A DNA stretch of 63,427 nucleotides, counting the filler, from Eubacteriales bacterium (GTDB taxonomy: Bacteria; Bacillota; Clostridia; Oscillospirales; CAG-382): assembly GCA_045636665.1 (NCBI GenBank). It is 5 parts of 5 records of this genome, joined end to end, with 100 filler letters (N's around TTAATTAATTAA, not from the genome) between each part and the next. Parts side by side here need not be neighbours in the genome. Positions count along the whole stretch, not along the records: positions 9,983 to 25,915 come from JAZTXY010000022.1; 4 more parts are not named here. The stretch is one strand, 5' to 3'. A model generated the notes under the pieces. The model was not told the origin of the DNA. It saw only the letters and a program-made list of their open reading frames with translations, and did no database searches. Positions 9,983 through 18,417 of this stretch are shown piece by piece. The stretch's first letter is position 1, and each line of letters opens with the position of its first letter. The translations under genes and the position numbers were made by a program.

Positions 9983-10883
9983 TGTCAAAGCCCGAAACAC
10001 CGTGGAACAGGTCGGGACGCTCCTCGGCAAATTTATAGCCCTTGCCCTTTGTGGTGCAGACGTGTACGACGGCGCATTTTTTATCGTCCTTTGCTTCGTT
10101 AAGGACACGCTCGAGATGCTTGATGTCGTTGCCGTCGACGGGGCCGTAATAGGAAAGACCGAACTGCTCGAAGAAGTTTTGACTCATTACAAGCTTTTTA
10201 AAGCGGTTTTTGACTGCGGTGCCGAATTTTAAAATTCCGTTGCCGATTAGGGGGATGCTTTTGAAAAAGCGTTTAGTGCGGTTTTTGAAGCTGAAATATT
10301 TTGCGCTTGTACGCACCTTTGAGAAATAGCGGCTCATTCCTCCGACGTTGGGCGAAATGCTCATATCGTTATCGTTAAGCACGATTATAAGCTTTTCCTT
10401 ATCGGCGCAGTTGTTGAGCGCTTCATAAATCATACCGCCGGTAAAAGCGCCGTCGCCGACTACAGCAACGGTATAGGTGCCGTTGCCGAGAAGCGAATTA
10501 GCCGCCGCAATTCCTGCCGCAGCCGAAATCGACGTTGAGCTGTGTCCCGCGCCGAATGCATCGTGTTCGCTTTCCGACCTTTTCGGGAAGCCCGAAATGC
10601 CGCCCGATTGGCGAAGCGTGTTAAACTCCCCGCGTCTGCCAGTGAGGAGCTTGTGGACATAGCTTTGGTGTCCGACGTCAAATATTATCTTGTCGTCAGG
10701 CGAATTGAAAACACGGTGCAATGCAACCGTAAGCTCGACAACGCAAAGGTTGGCGGCAAGGTGTCCGCCGTTTACCGATACGGTTTTTAAAAGCTCTGCT
10801 CGTATTTCGCTTGACAGGGTTTGTAATTCTTCAGCGCCGAGATCCTTAAGATCCTTTGGCGAATTGATTTTTTCGAGGATCAT
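9983..10883 (-). CDS. dxs: 1-deoxy-D-xylulose-5-phosphate synthase, N-terminal half (continues at 52653-53621)
   Basis: GGHLAANL, IFDVGHQSYVHK, GHSSTSIS, GDGAFTGGM.YEALN, TTKGKGY. Confidence 0.97.
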
Positions 10884-10958
10884 TTCACTATATCCGAATA
10901 TCGCGTCGGTGGTGAGCCGGCGCGATGAAGCGGAGTTTTCTCCGATTTATTGATTTTG

Positions 10959-11525
10959 TTATTTCCTAAAGCCGCAAAGGATTTTTGCGACAAACGTAAC
11001 TATTTTCGTGCTGTGATTAATCGCGATCGATTTTCCCATCGCCTTGCCGCCGACGGTTATTGCCGAAATAAGCGAGGTGAGCGCAAGGGTGAGAAGAAAC
11101 GCGATATCGCCATCCATTTCCGAGAAAAGCTTTATTGCAATGCCTGCGCCGGTCGCACCGCTGACAACGCCTGCGATATCGCCGACTATATCGTTACAGA
11201 ACGAGCTTACCTTTTCGGCATTGTTGATAAGGCTTACCGCCTTTTGTCCGGTTTTGAGTCTTCTTGCCGCCATCGAGTTAAAGGGCTTTATATCGGCTGT
11301 GGTTACTGCAAGACCGATTATATCGAAAATTATACCCAATGCAATAATCGCCACAAGTACCGCAGTCGCGGCAAAAAGCGACATAACGTTAACGACCTTA
11401 TCACTTGCGGCGGAAAGGATAGCCGTGATGAAAAACGAGAGGGAAAAGGCGATTACTATCCATTTCGTTCTGCCGTTTTTCTTTTTCTTTTTGTCCCGAC
11501 ATCGCGGGGAAGGTTTATCGTCCAT
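10959..11525 (-). CDS. oapA: OLE-associated membrane protein A (DUF21-like)
   Basis: Four hydrophobic segments with GIIFDIIG, PFNSMAA, CNDIVGDIAGVVSG and TVGGKA motifs, directly downstream of the OLE RNA. Confidence 0.85.
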   Translation of the reverse strand: MDDKPSPRCRDKKKKKNGRTKWIVIAFSLSFFITAILSAASDKVVNVMSLFAATAVLVAIIALGIIFDIIGLAVTTADIKPFNSMAARRLKTGQKAVSLINNAEKVSSFCNDIVGDIAGVVSGATGAGIAIKLFSEMDGDIAFLLTLALTSLISAITVGGKAMGKSIAINHSTKIVTFVAKILCGFRK

Positions 11526-11609
11526 AATGCTCCAAATGTAAAAATGTTTGAAATTGAATTTTTCCCCGAACCGTTCCTTTTAAACGAAGGTGACAACAGT
11601 GAATAAAAC

Positions 11610-11681
11610 GGGGTCCCCGAAAACATTTATGTTTTTGGGGTAATAAATATGGGGTCCCCGAAAATGCTTGCATTTTTGGGG
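11610..11681. repeat. two tandem REP-like palindromes GGGGTCCCCGAAAA-N-TTTTTGGGG
   Basis: Copies at 11610-11640 and 11651-11681, each a CCCCGAAAA/TTTTTGGGG hairpin. Confidence 0.75.
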
Positions 11682-11688
11682 AGAAAAA

Positions 11689-12321
11689 GATGGCGGCACA
11701 AAACGTAAACTTTGTGGCTTGCGGTCAAGTAGGTTTTCCCCACAAACTACTCCTTGTCGCCAATGAAGCGGTTCCCCTTTAAAGTCCGAGGCGGTACATT
11801 ACTGTATCCGCGACTTGATTGCCTATAAGTCCACACTGCAATCCGTTTTGTGCCTTTGTGCCGATTTAAAAGCGCTATCTCAGCCTAGGAGTTTTCCTCA
11901 ATGCCCTTTTCTATTCTGCCTAATCCTCTTTTGCAGATATGATTTCAACAGGGATATCCCGTCTTTGGTAGCTAATCGCCGACGGGCGAGACCTGTATCC
12001 GCCGATATCCACGCAAGGCAGGCTACATCTATCCACAGCGTCAAAAAATGCACCGCATGATAGGTTTAATCTTTAGACTGTAGATAACTCATATGCTAAG
12101 GGCTTACCCCTTACGAGTACGGATATCCACAGAAAAAAGCCTCCAAAGGTAGGTGGGTCGAATTCCGTATGCCATTACAGACCGCCCACAAACCTATTCT
12201 CCCAGCACCCACCCTCTATTGGGCATAGACAGCAAGCACAAGGAGCTTCATCGATTTGCCTTTACGCGTATTTTTAGGCACGCTTTCAGCAGCGAAAGAA
12301 CAACTAGGATACTGCGCCATC
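11689..12321 (-). ncRNA. ole: OLE RNA (ornate, large, extremophilic RNA), ~633 nt
   Basis: Long gene-free gap between ispA and oapA; ends pair (GATGGCG/CGCCATC); OLE-like blocks GCCTAAAAAT, ATCGATGAAG, GTGCTGGGAG, GTAGCCTGCCTTG, TTGAGGAAAACTCCTAG, CAGTGTGGACT, GGGAAAACCTAC. Confidence 0.92.
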
Positions 12322-12327
12322 GTGTAT

Positions 12328-12356
12328 AATATAACACAAAATATACAGAAATTCAA
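12328..12356 (-). promoter_or_regulatory. internal promoter for the OLE RNA
   Basis: TTGAAT (12356-12351), 17 bp, TGtTATATT (12336-12328), about 7 nt before the predicted RNA 5' end. Confidence 0.7.
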
Positions 12357-12419
12357 GACCATTTAGCACGAATTATATTATATAGGTTTGAATTTCCTTG
12401 TATATTTCTGTTAATTTTA

Positions 12420-13307
12420 TTATTTCTTTCTCGCAAGAATATAATCGCAAAATTCGTTCAGACGGTCTTTTGCCGATGAATCGTCAAATTCGTCAAGCGC
12501 GTTTTTTGCTTCTTCGATATATTCAAGAGCCTTGACCCTCGCACCGTTTTCGCCCAAAAGCGAAACGAAGGTGCTTTTCTCATTTAATGCATCCTTGCCG
12601 ATAGTTTTTCCCAAAACCTCGGGGGTTGAATAAATGTCTAAAAGATCGTCCGCTATCTGGAACGCTCTGCCCGTAAGAAGACCGAAGGATTTTGCAGCTT
12701 CCTTTTGTCTGTCGCTTGCGTTTGCCGCGATACAGCCGAGCAGACACGCGCAGGAGAACAACGCGCCGGTTTTGAGGTCGACAAGACGCGTCAGAGTGTC
12801 GATATCAAGCCTTTTACCCTCGCCGTCGAGATCGATTTTCTGACCTGCGCACATTCCGAGCGAGCCCGAATATCTTGACAGAGCGATAACCGCCTGCTCG
12901 TTTTGGGAAGATTGGCAAAATTCGTTACCGCATATTACCGAAAATGCATCGAGCGCGAGAGAATCGCCCGCAAGAATGGCGGTCGCCTCGCCGAACGCCT
13001 TGTGGTTTGACGGCTTTCCGCGGCGCATATCGTCGTTATCCATACTCGGTAAATCGTCGTGGATAAGCGAAAACGCGTGCACCATTTCGATAGCGCAGGC
13101 ATAATCGACCGAATGCTCGGCGGTTCTGCCGCAAAGACTGCAAAACTCCTGCACGAGGTAGGCACGTAAACGCTTTCCGCCACCCAAGAGCGAATAATTT
13201 ATCGCCTCGTCGAGAGAGCCGACACCGCCCGATTTTCTTTCGGTATGGTATAAAAGTCTGTTTTCGGTTGATTGGGCATATTTGTCGAGTGCTTGAATGA
13301 AGTTCAT
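12420..13307 (-). CDS. ispA: polyprenyl (farnesyl) diphosphate synthase
   Basis: GGKRLR, SLIHDDLPSMDNDDMRRG, FQIADDLLD. Confidence 0.96.
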   Translation of the reverse strand: MNFIQALDKYAQSTENRLLYHTERKSGGVGSLDEAINYSLLGGGKRLRAYLVQEFCSLCGRTAEHSVDYACAIEMVHAFSLIHDDLPSMDNDDMRRGKPSNHKAFGEATAILAGDSLALDAFSVICGNEFCQSSQNEQAVIALSRYSGSLGMCAGQKIDLDGEGKRLDIDTLTRLVDLKTGALFSCACLLGCIAANASDRQKEAAKSFGLLTGRAFQIADDLLDIYSTPEVLGKTIGKDALNEKSTFVSLLGENGARVKALEYIEEAKNALDEFDDSSAKDRLNEFCDYILARKK

Positions 13308-13528
13308 TATTTATCGAACTCCTCTGTTGTCAATACACCGTCCTTCATTTGAAGAAGTCGAACCTTTTCCTCTGCCTTATCCAAAGCGCCGGTGCAGAAT
13401 TTAACGAGATTTGTTCCCTCGTCAAAAAGCTTTATAAGGTCTTCAAGCGGTACGTTGCCGCCTTCAAGTGCGCGCACGATTTGCTCGAGTCGTGCAAGTG
13501 CGGTTTCAAAAGTCATTTCGTTACTCAT
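13307..13528 (-). CDS. xseB: exodeoxyribonuclease VII small subunit
   Basis: TFETALARLEQIVRALE...LEDLIKLFDEG...C...L..AEEKV. Confidence 0.93.
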   Translation of the reverse strand: MSNEMTFETALARLEQIVRALEGGNVPLEDLIKLFDEGTNLVKFCTGALDKAEEKVRLLQMKDGVLTTEEFDK

Positions 13529-14265
13529 TTTTTGCTTCCTTTTTCGCCCTTAACGGCGCTTTTTAATGCGCGAAGCTCGCTCGAATTGAGCTCGCGGAAT
13601 TCTCCGGTTTTTAAATCGCCCAAGCGTATCGGACCGAGCGAGATTCTTTTAAGCTTGCTTATATAAACGCCGACTTTTTCGCAAATACGGCGTATTTCAC
13701 GGTTCTTTCCCTCGGAAAGAGTGAATTTTACAACACTGCTAACTTCGTTACGGCTTACAAGCTCAACGCCGACGGGTTGTATTTTTTCACCGTCAAGCTC
13801 ACGCACTGCGCGTAATCTGTCAAGCTCTTCGTTTTCGACCTTGCCCTTAAGCGTTACGGCATAAACCTTTTTTATTTCGCCTCTCGGGTGGGCAATCGCA
13901 TTTGCAAGCTCGCCGTCGTTGGTCATAAGCAAAAGTCCTTCGCTGTTAAGGTCAAGACGGCCGATAGGGTAAACGCGTATGCCGACGTCGACCAATTCGC
14001 CGACGTTTTTTCTGCCCTTTTCGTCGCTCATCGTGGTAACGACGCCCTTGGGCTTGTTTAACATTATGTAAACTTTTCTGTCGGACTTCATAACAACGGG
14101 CTTGCCCTTGTAGGTTACTGCATCGCTGTTCGGGTCGACACGCATACCGATAGAAGCGGTTGCGCCGTTGACGGCAAAATAACCCATTTCAATTTCTTTT
14201 TCAGCCGCTCTGCGTGACATAAGTCCGCAATCGGCAACGTATTTTTGAAGCTTGATGCTTTCCAT
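13525..14265 (-). CDS. rluB: 23S rRNA pseudouridine synthase (RluB/RsuA family)
   Basis: S4 domain (LQKY..CG..SRR.AE), NKPKG, PIGRLDLNSEGLLLMTNDG, EGKNREIRR. Confidence 0.9.
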   Translation of the reverse strand: MESIKLQKYVADCGLMSRRAAEKEIEMGYFAVNGATASIGMRVDPNSDAVTYKGKPVVMKSDRKVYIMLNKPKGVVTTMSDEKGRKNVGELVDVGIRVYPIGRLDLNSEGLLLMTNDGELANAIAHPRGEIKKVYAVTLKGKVENEELDRLRAVRELDGEKIQPVGVELVSRNEVSSVVKFTLSEGKNREIRRICEKVGVYISKLKRISLGPIRLGDLKTGEFRELNSSELRALKSAVKGEKGSKK

Positions 14266-14269
14266 AAGT

Positions 14270-15448
14270 TTATTCTCCAAAAAGCTTTTCTGCTAAAGTT
14301 TTCTTTTTTTCTTTTATTTCTTCGGTTGATTCTAAAGTGATTATGTAAACCTCTTTCCCGTTTGCGCGGAATAACGCATAGCCGACGGATTCGTTTTTCC
14401 CGACGGGCGCATAAAGCATTTGCGGAAGAAAAACCTCGCAGGTAACTTTTGCGTTTTTGGGAAGTAATATTTCGGCAGGGATGAGGTTCTTTACGGTTGA
14501 AAATTGCTTTTCGCCGTTTTTTATCGGTAAGCTCGATTCCAATTCGCCGATATCGGCAAGCTTTATATTTTCGTGCGTTGAAAAGGCGAAATCGAGCAGG
14601 GTTTTATGTGTTGCGGTAGGGAATGCGTCCTGCAAAGTGACGGCAATAAGCTTCATACCGTCTTTTTCGGCGGCGCTTACCAAACATTTACCGTCGCGCT
14701 TTGTATAACCCGTTTTAACGCCGATTGCAAAGCTATAGCCGAAAAGCAGCTTGTTGTGGTTGACCAAGCGTCTGCCGTTTTCGATTCCGTCATAGCGCAC
14801 CGACATGGTTTTTGTTGCAACGATTTCGCAAAACAGCGGATGTTGCATCGCTTTTGCGGTAATTATCGCAAGGTCGTGCGCGGTTGTATAGTGATTTTCG
14901 TTGCTTAATCCGTGAGGATTTGCAAAGCTTGTATCGGTCAGTCCGAATTCACGCGCCTTTTCGTTCATCATATTGACGAATTCGGCTTCGCTGTTGCCGA
15001 CGGATATTGCGATTGCGGTTGCCGCATCGTTTCCGCTTTCGAGCAAAAGGCAATACAAAAGCTCTTTCAGAGTAAGCTTTTCGCCCTCTTTAAGATAGAC
15101 CGAGCTGCCCTCGATACCGACAGCCTCCTTGGGGATTACAAATTCGGCTTCGGGGCTTTGGTTTTCGATAGCGACAAGGGCGGTCATTATTTTCGTCGTG
15201 CTTGCCATACCGCGTTTTTCGCGTGAGTTGTGCGAAAAGAGCACGTTGCCCGTTTTTGCATCGATAACCGTCATACACCTTGCGGCGTGGGTGGGCATAT
15301 CGCCTTGGAAATCGATTGATTCCAAGCCGTTTGTCGGGTACAAAAATTCGTTTTTGCTTTCCGATGAAAATATCGGCACAGTAAAGGCAAAAACGGTTAA
15401 GCAGGTTAACACAAATACCGAAATAGCGATGATAATATACCGTTTCAT
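14270..15448 (-). CDS. dacB: D-alanyl-D-alanine carboxypeptidase (peptidase S11)
   Basis: MASTTKIMT (SxxK), SGNDAA, NPHGL, KTGYT; N-terminal signal segment. Confidence 0.9.
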   Translation of the reverse strand: MKRYIIIAISVFVLTCLTVFAFTVPIFSSESKNEFLYPTNGLESIDFQGDMPTHAARCMTVIDAKTGNVLFSHNSREKRGMASTTKIMTALVAIENQSPEAEFVIPKEAVGIEGSSVYLKEGEKLTLKELLYCLLLESGNDAATAIAISVGNSEAEFVNMMNEKAREFGLTDTSFANPHGLSNENHYTTAHDLAIITAKAMQHPLFCEIVATKTMSVRYDGIENGRRLVNHNKLLFGYSFAIGVKTGYTKRDGKCLVSAAEKDGMKLIAVTLQDAFPTATHKTLLDFAFSTHENIKLADIGELESSLPIKNGEKQFSTVKNLIPAEILLPKNAKVTCEVFLPQMLYAPVGKNESVGYALFRANGKEVYIITLESTEEIKEKKKTLAEKLFGE

Positions 15449-15565
15449 AAATTCACTCTCCAAAGAGAGTATATTTACCTTGCGGCATATTAATACATCT
15501 GTATTCTATATGAAAAATATAACAATGTCAACAAAAATGTTATCGTTTGTGACTCTTCTTTCTGC

Positions 15566-15594
15566 TTGACAAAAGCCTAATATGATATTATACT
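15566..15594 (+). promoter_or_regulatory. galE promoter
   Basis: TTGACA 15566-15571, 17 bp, TATACT 15589-15594. Confidence 0.65.
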
Positions 15595-15632
15595 TAAGGT
15601 ACAAACAATAAAGCTATACAGAGGTATTCCAA

Positions 15633-16628
15633 ATGAGCGTACTTATTACCGGCGGTACGGGCTATATCGGCTCGCATACCTGCGTTGATTTTATTCAAAA
15701 GGGCAAGGAAATCGTTATTCTCGATAACCTTTCCAACTCCAAGGCAGAGGTAGTTGACCATATCGAAACCATCACCGGCATCCGTCCCAAGTTTTACGAA
15801 ATCGACCTTCTTGACCGCGAAGGCGTTAAGAAGGTATTTGATGAAAACGATATCGACACCGTTATCCATTTTGCTGGACTTAAGGCGGTTGGCGAATCGG
15901 TTGCTATGCCTATCGAATATTACCACAACAACATCACCGGCACCCTTAACCTTATTTATGAAATGCGCGATCACGGTTGCTTTAAGCTTGTTTTCTCGTC
16001 GAGCGCTACCGTTTACGGCAAGCCCGAAAGCGTTCCGATCAAGGAAGATTTCCCGCTTTCCACAACCAACCCTTACGGCACCACCAAGCTGTTTATCGAA
16101 CAGATTCTTCAGGACCTTTGCGTTGCCGATAAGCGTTTTTCGGTAGTTCTTCTTCGTTACTTCAATCCCATCGGCGCGCACGAAAGCGGTCTTATCGGTG
16201 ATAACCCCAACGGTATCCCCAACAATCTTATGCCCTACGTTACCCGTGTTGCAAAGGGTATCCTTCCTCACCTTAACGTTTTCGGCAACGATTACGAAAC
16301 TCACGACGGCACAGGCGTGCGTGACTTTATCCACGTGCTCGACCTTGCGGCAGGTCACTATGCGGCTCTTAAGGCGCTCGAAAAGGAGGGCGCTTCGGTT
16401 TACAACCTCGGTACAGGTAACGGCTATGCGGTTCTCGATATGGTTCACACCTTTGAACGCGTTAACGGTATGAAGATTCCTTATCAAATCACCGACCGCC
16501 GTCCCGGCGATATAGGCGAATGCTATGCGGATGCAAGCAAGGCGTTTGAGGAAATCGGCTGGAAGGCTGAACGCGGTCTTGAAGAAATGTGCCGTTCGGC
16601 TTGGATATTCGAAAATAACTGTAAATAA
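15633..16628 (+). CDS. galE: UDP-glucose 4-epimerase
   Basis: GGTGYIGSH, HFAGLKAVGES, SSSATVYG, YGTTK, LRYFNPIGAH, GVRDFIHV. Confidence 0.97.
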   Translation: MSVLITGGTGYIGSHTCVDFIQKGKEIVILDNLSNSKAEVVDHIETITGIRPKFYEIDLLDREGVKKVFDENDIDTVIHFAGLKAVGESVAMPIEYYHNNITGTLNLIYEMRDHGCFKLVFSSSATVYGKPESVPIKEDFPLSTTNPYGTTKLFIEQILQDLCVADKRFSVVLLRYFNPIGAHESGLIGDNPNGIPNNLMPYVTRVAKGILPHLNVFGNDYETHDGTGVRDFIHVLDLAAGHYAALKALEKEGASVYNLGTGNGYAVLDMVHTFERVNGMKIPYQITDRRPGDIGECYADASKAFEEIGWKAERGLEEMCRSAWIFENNCK

Positions 16629-16632
16629 TTTC

Positions 16633-16737
16633 TTTTGCGCTTTGATGCGGCACATATCGAACAAACCTCGATTTGCAGTAGGTTTCTACAACTGCATCTC
16701 GGTTTTTTCAATCTGCACTCGCCTCAAATGTGCAAAA
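16633..16737. repeat. ~105-bp imperfect palindrome (REP/MITE-like)
   Basis: Nested arms TTTTGCGC/GTGCAAAA, TTTGA/TCAAA, AAACC/GGTTT, TGCAGT/ACTGCA. Confidence 0.6.
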
Positions 16738-17156
16738 CGTTTGGATGTGATAAATTGTTCCGCAGATTTTTAATGGGGAGATACGGAAACGACCATTTAA
16801 ACCTTTTTATAATGCTCGTTTCGCTTGTTTTCGGCATTGCAACCTTTTTCACCTACGGTATCGGCGACCTTATTTTGTCGATGCTGCAGTTGATGTTCCT
16901 TGCGCTTTGGCTTATGCGTGCGTTTTCGCGTAATTTTTACAAAAGACGCGCCGAAAATATGGTGTTTTTGCGAATTTGGGGAAGGGTAAAGACCTTTTTC
17001 AGACCGGTGAAGAATTTCTTTATGCGTCTTGCCGACCGCAATCACCGTTATTTCAAATGCCCCAAATGTAAATCGCGTCTGCGCGTACCCCGCGGCAGAG
17101 GCAAAATTACAATAACCTGCCCAAGATGCAGAAATATGTTTGACAAAAAGAGTTAA
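16728..17156 (+). CDS. membrane protein with C-terminal Zn-ribbon (start uncertain)
   Basis: GRYGND, two TM helices, CPKCK..LRVP.G.GKI.ITCPRC; a type common in Clostridia. Confidence 0.8.
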   Translation: MCKTFGCDKLFRRFLMGRYGNDHLNLFIMLVSLVFGIATFFTYGIGDLILSMLQLMFLALWLMRAFSRNFYKRRAENMVFLRIWGRVKTFFRPVKNFFMRLADRNHRYFKCPKCKSRLRVPRGRGKITITCPRCRNMFDKKS

Positions 17157-17246
17157 GGTTTTCCCTTAACTTTTTTTGAAATTATGTGACAAAAGTATAT
17201 GTTTTTTCGTCTTATTGGGTGAAGACAATCTTTTTGGAGGCAGAAT

Positions 17247-18281
17247 ATGAAAAAACTGACATCTATTTTACTTATTTTCCTGCTTGGTTTGAGCTGCTTT
17301 TTGGCTTCGTGCGATACGTCGGAGGAGACGGTGGGAGATTCCGATTCTTCGGCAACGACCGAGGAAAGCAAGCCGTGGTACAGCACGTCTGTACCCGACG
17401 ATTACAGCAATACTATAATCGATAATTCGTCGAAGCCGACACAGGAAAACTCGGTCCCCGAAAGCTCGGACACCGAAAGCTCGGATACCGACGTTTCGAC
17501 TCCTTTGGGCGATATAACTTACGACGATCTTTATAAGATGGATAGATATGATTTTGCCAAGGCTGCAAAAGGATACAGCATCGTTTATACCAAGACAAGC
17601 CCCTTGCAGGCTGTTGAATGCCTTACGAGTGTAAGCGGCGGCATTACTGCTATTTACGACGGAACCGTCACCCGCTTTTTTGACGCAGTCAACGGCGCTT
17701 ACTATCACGCTTTGCACGGCAGATACGAGCCGTGTGACCTGAATTGGATGGATCTCAATCCCGGCGAATTCGTGGACGGGGATTATGAGCAAATTATTCG
17801 GTTTACGCGCACAAGCGAAAACAACGTAACGTTTGATTTGGACGAGTTCGTGATACCTGCTCATGACTTCTCATACGAGGCAATTTATTCCGAGGCCGAC
17901 AAAAAGGTATACGTTATCGACCTTGATCTGAGCGGAATAAAGGGGCAGATGCCTTGCCGTTTATATACAGCCGAAAAGTCGCCGCTTGATAATTTCGACG
18001 GAACAGATGCTCCTATTATCGACGAATCGAAGCTCGGTAAATACGGCGTTGCGAGCGACGAAAAAATTATAATTCCGTTTGAATACGACTTCATAACGAC
18101 AACACAGACAGAGGGTCAGCCTCTCGGTGTTTATCTTGCAATAAAGGACGGAAGAAGCTATTATATTTCGTCGAACGGAACCGTTCTTACTCCCGACGGG
18201 TTTGATTGCGGCTCACAGCCGTTTAATGACCGCGCTTGGGTGTTCGAGGACGGTCAGGGATATATTATTAAGTTTAATTAA
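17247..18281 (+). CDS. lipoprotein with Ser/Thr/acidic linker and WG-repeat-like C-terminus
   Basis: Lipobox LASC; KYGV....IIIPFEYD motif. Confidence 0.7.
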   Translation: MKKLTSILLIFLLGLSCFLASCDTSEETVGDSDSSATTEESKPWYSTSVPDDYSNTIIDNSSKPTQENSVPESSDTESSDTDVSTPLGDITYDDLYKMDRYDFAKAAKGYSIVYTKTSPLQAVECLTSVSGGITAIYDGTVTRFFDAVNGAYYHALHGRYEPCDLNWMDLNPGEFVDGDYEQIIRFTRTSENNVTFDLDEFVIPAHDFSYEAIYSEADKKVYVIDLDLSGIKGQMPCRLYTAEKSPLDNFDGTDAPIIDESKLGKYGVASDEKIIIPFEYDFITTTQTEGQPLGVYLAIKDGRSYYISSNGTVLTPDGFDCGSQPFNDRAWVFEDGQGYIIKFN

Positions 18282-18284
18282 ACG

Positions 18285-18314
18285 AAAAAGAACCTCCGCG
18301 AGAGGTTCTTTTTT
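18285..18314 (+). terminator. intrinsic terminator
   Basis: AAAAAGAACCTC-loop-GAGGTTCTTTTTT. Confidence 0.8.
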
Positions 18315-18417
18315 ATCGTTGAAAAAGCATAAAAAGGGTGATATAATTATAAAAAAATGAAACCTTTAGAGATTTTTGACGAGTATTAATTATAGAACGA
18401 TAAAGGAGGCAGGAACG

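Noticed and set aside
11610..11681. CRISPR array (also considered for 25031-25169)
   Set aside because: Only two or three units, spacers too short, repeats partly inverted, and no cas genes
11815..12060. 81-aa ORF inside the ispA-oapA gap
   Set aside because: Antisense to the OLE RNA, with no RBS or protein-like features
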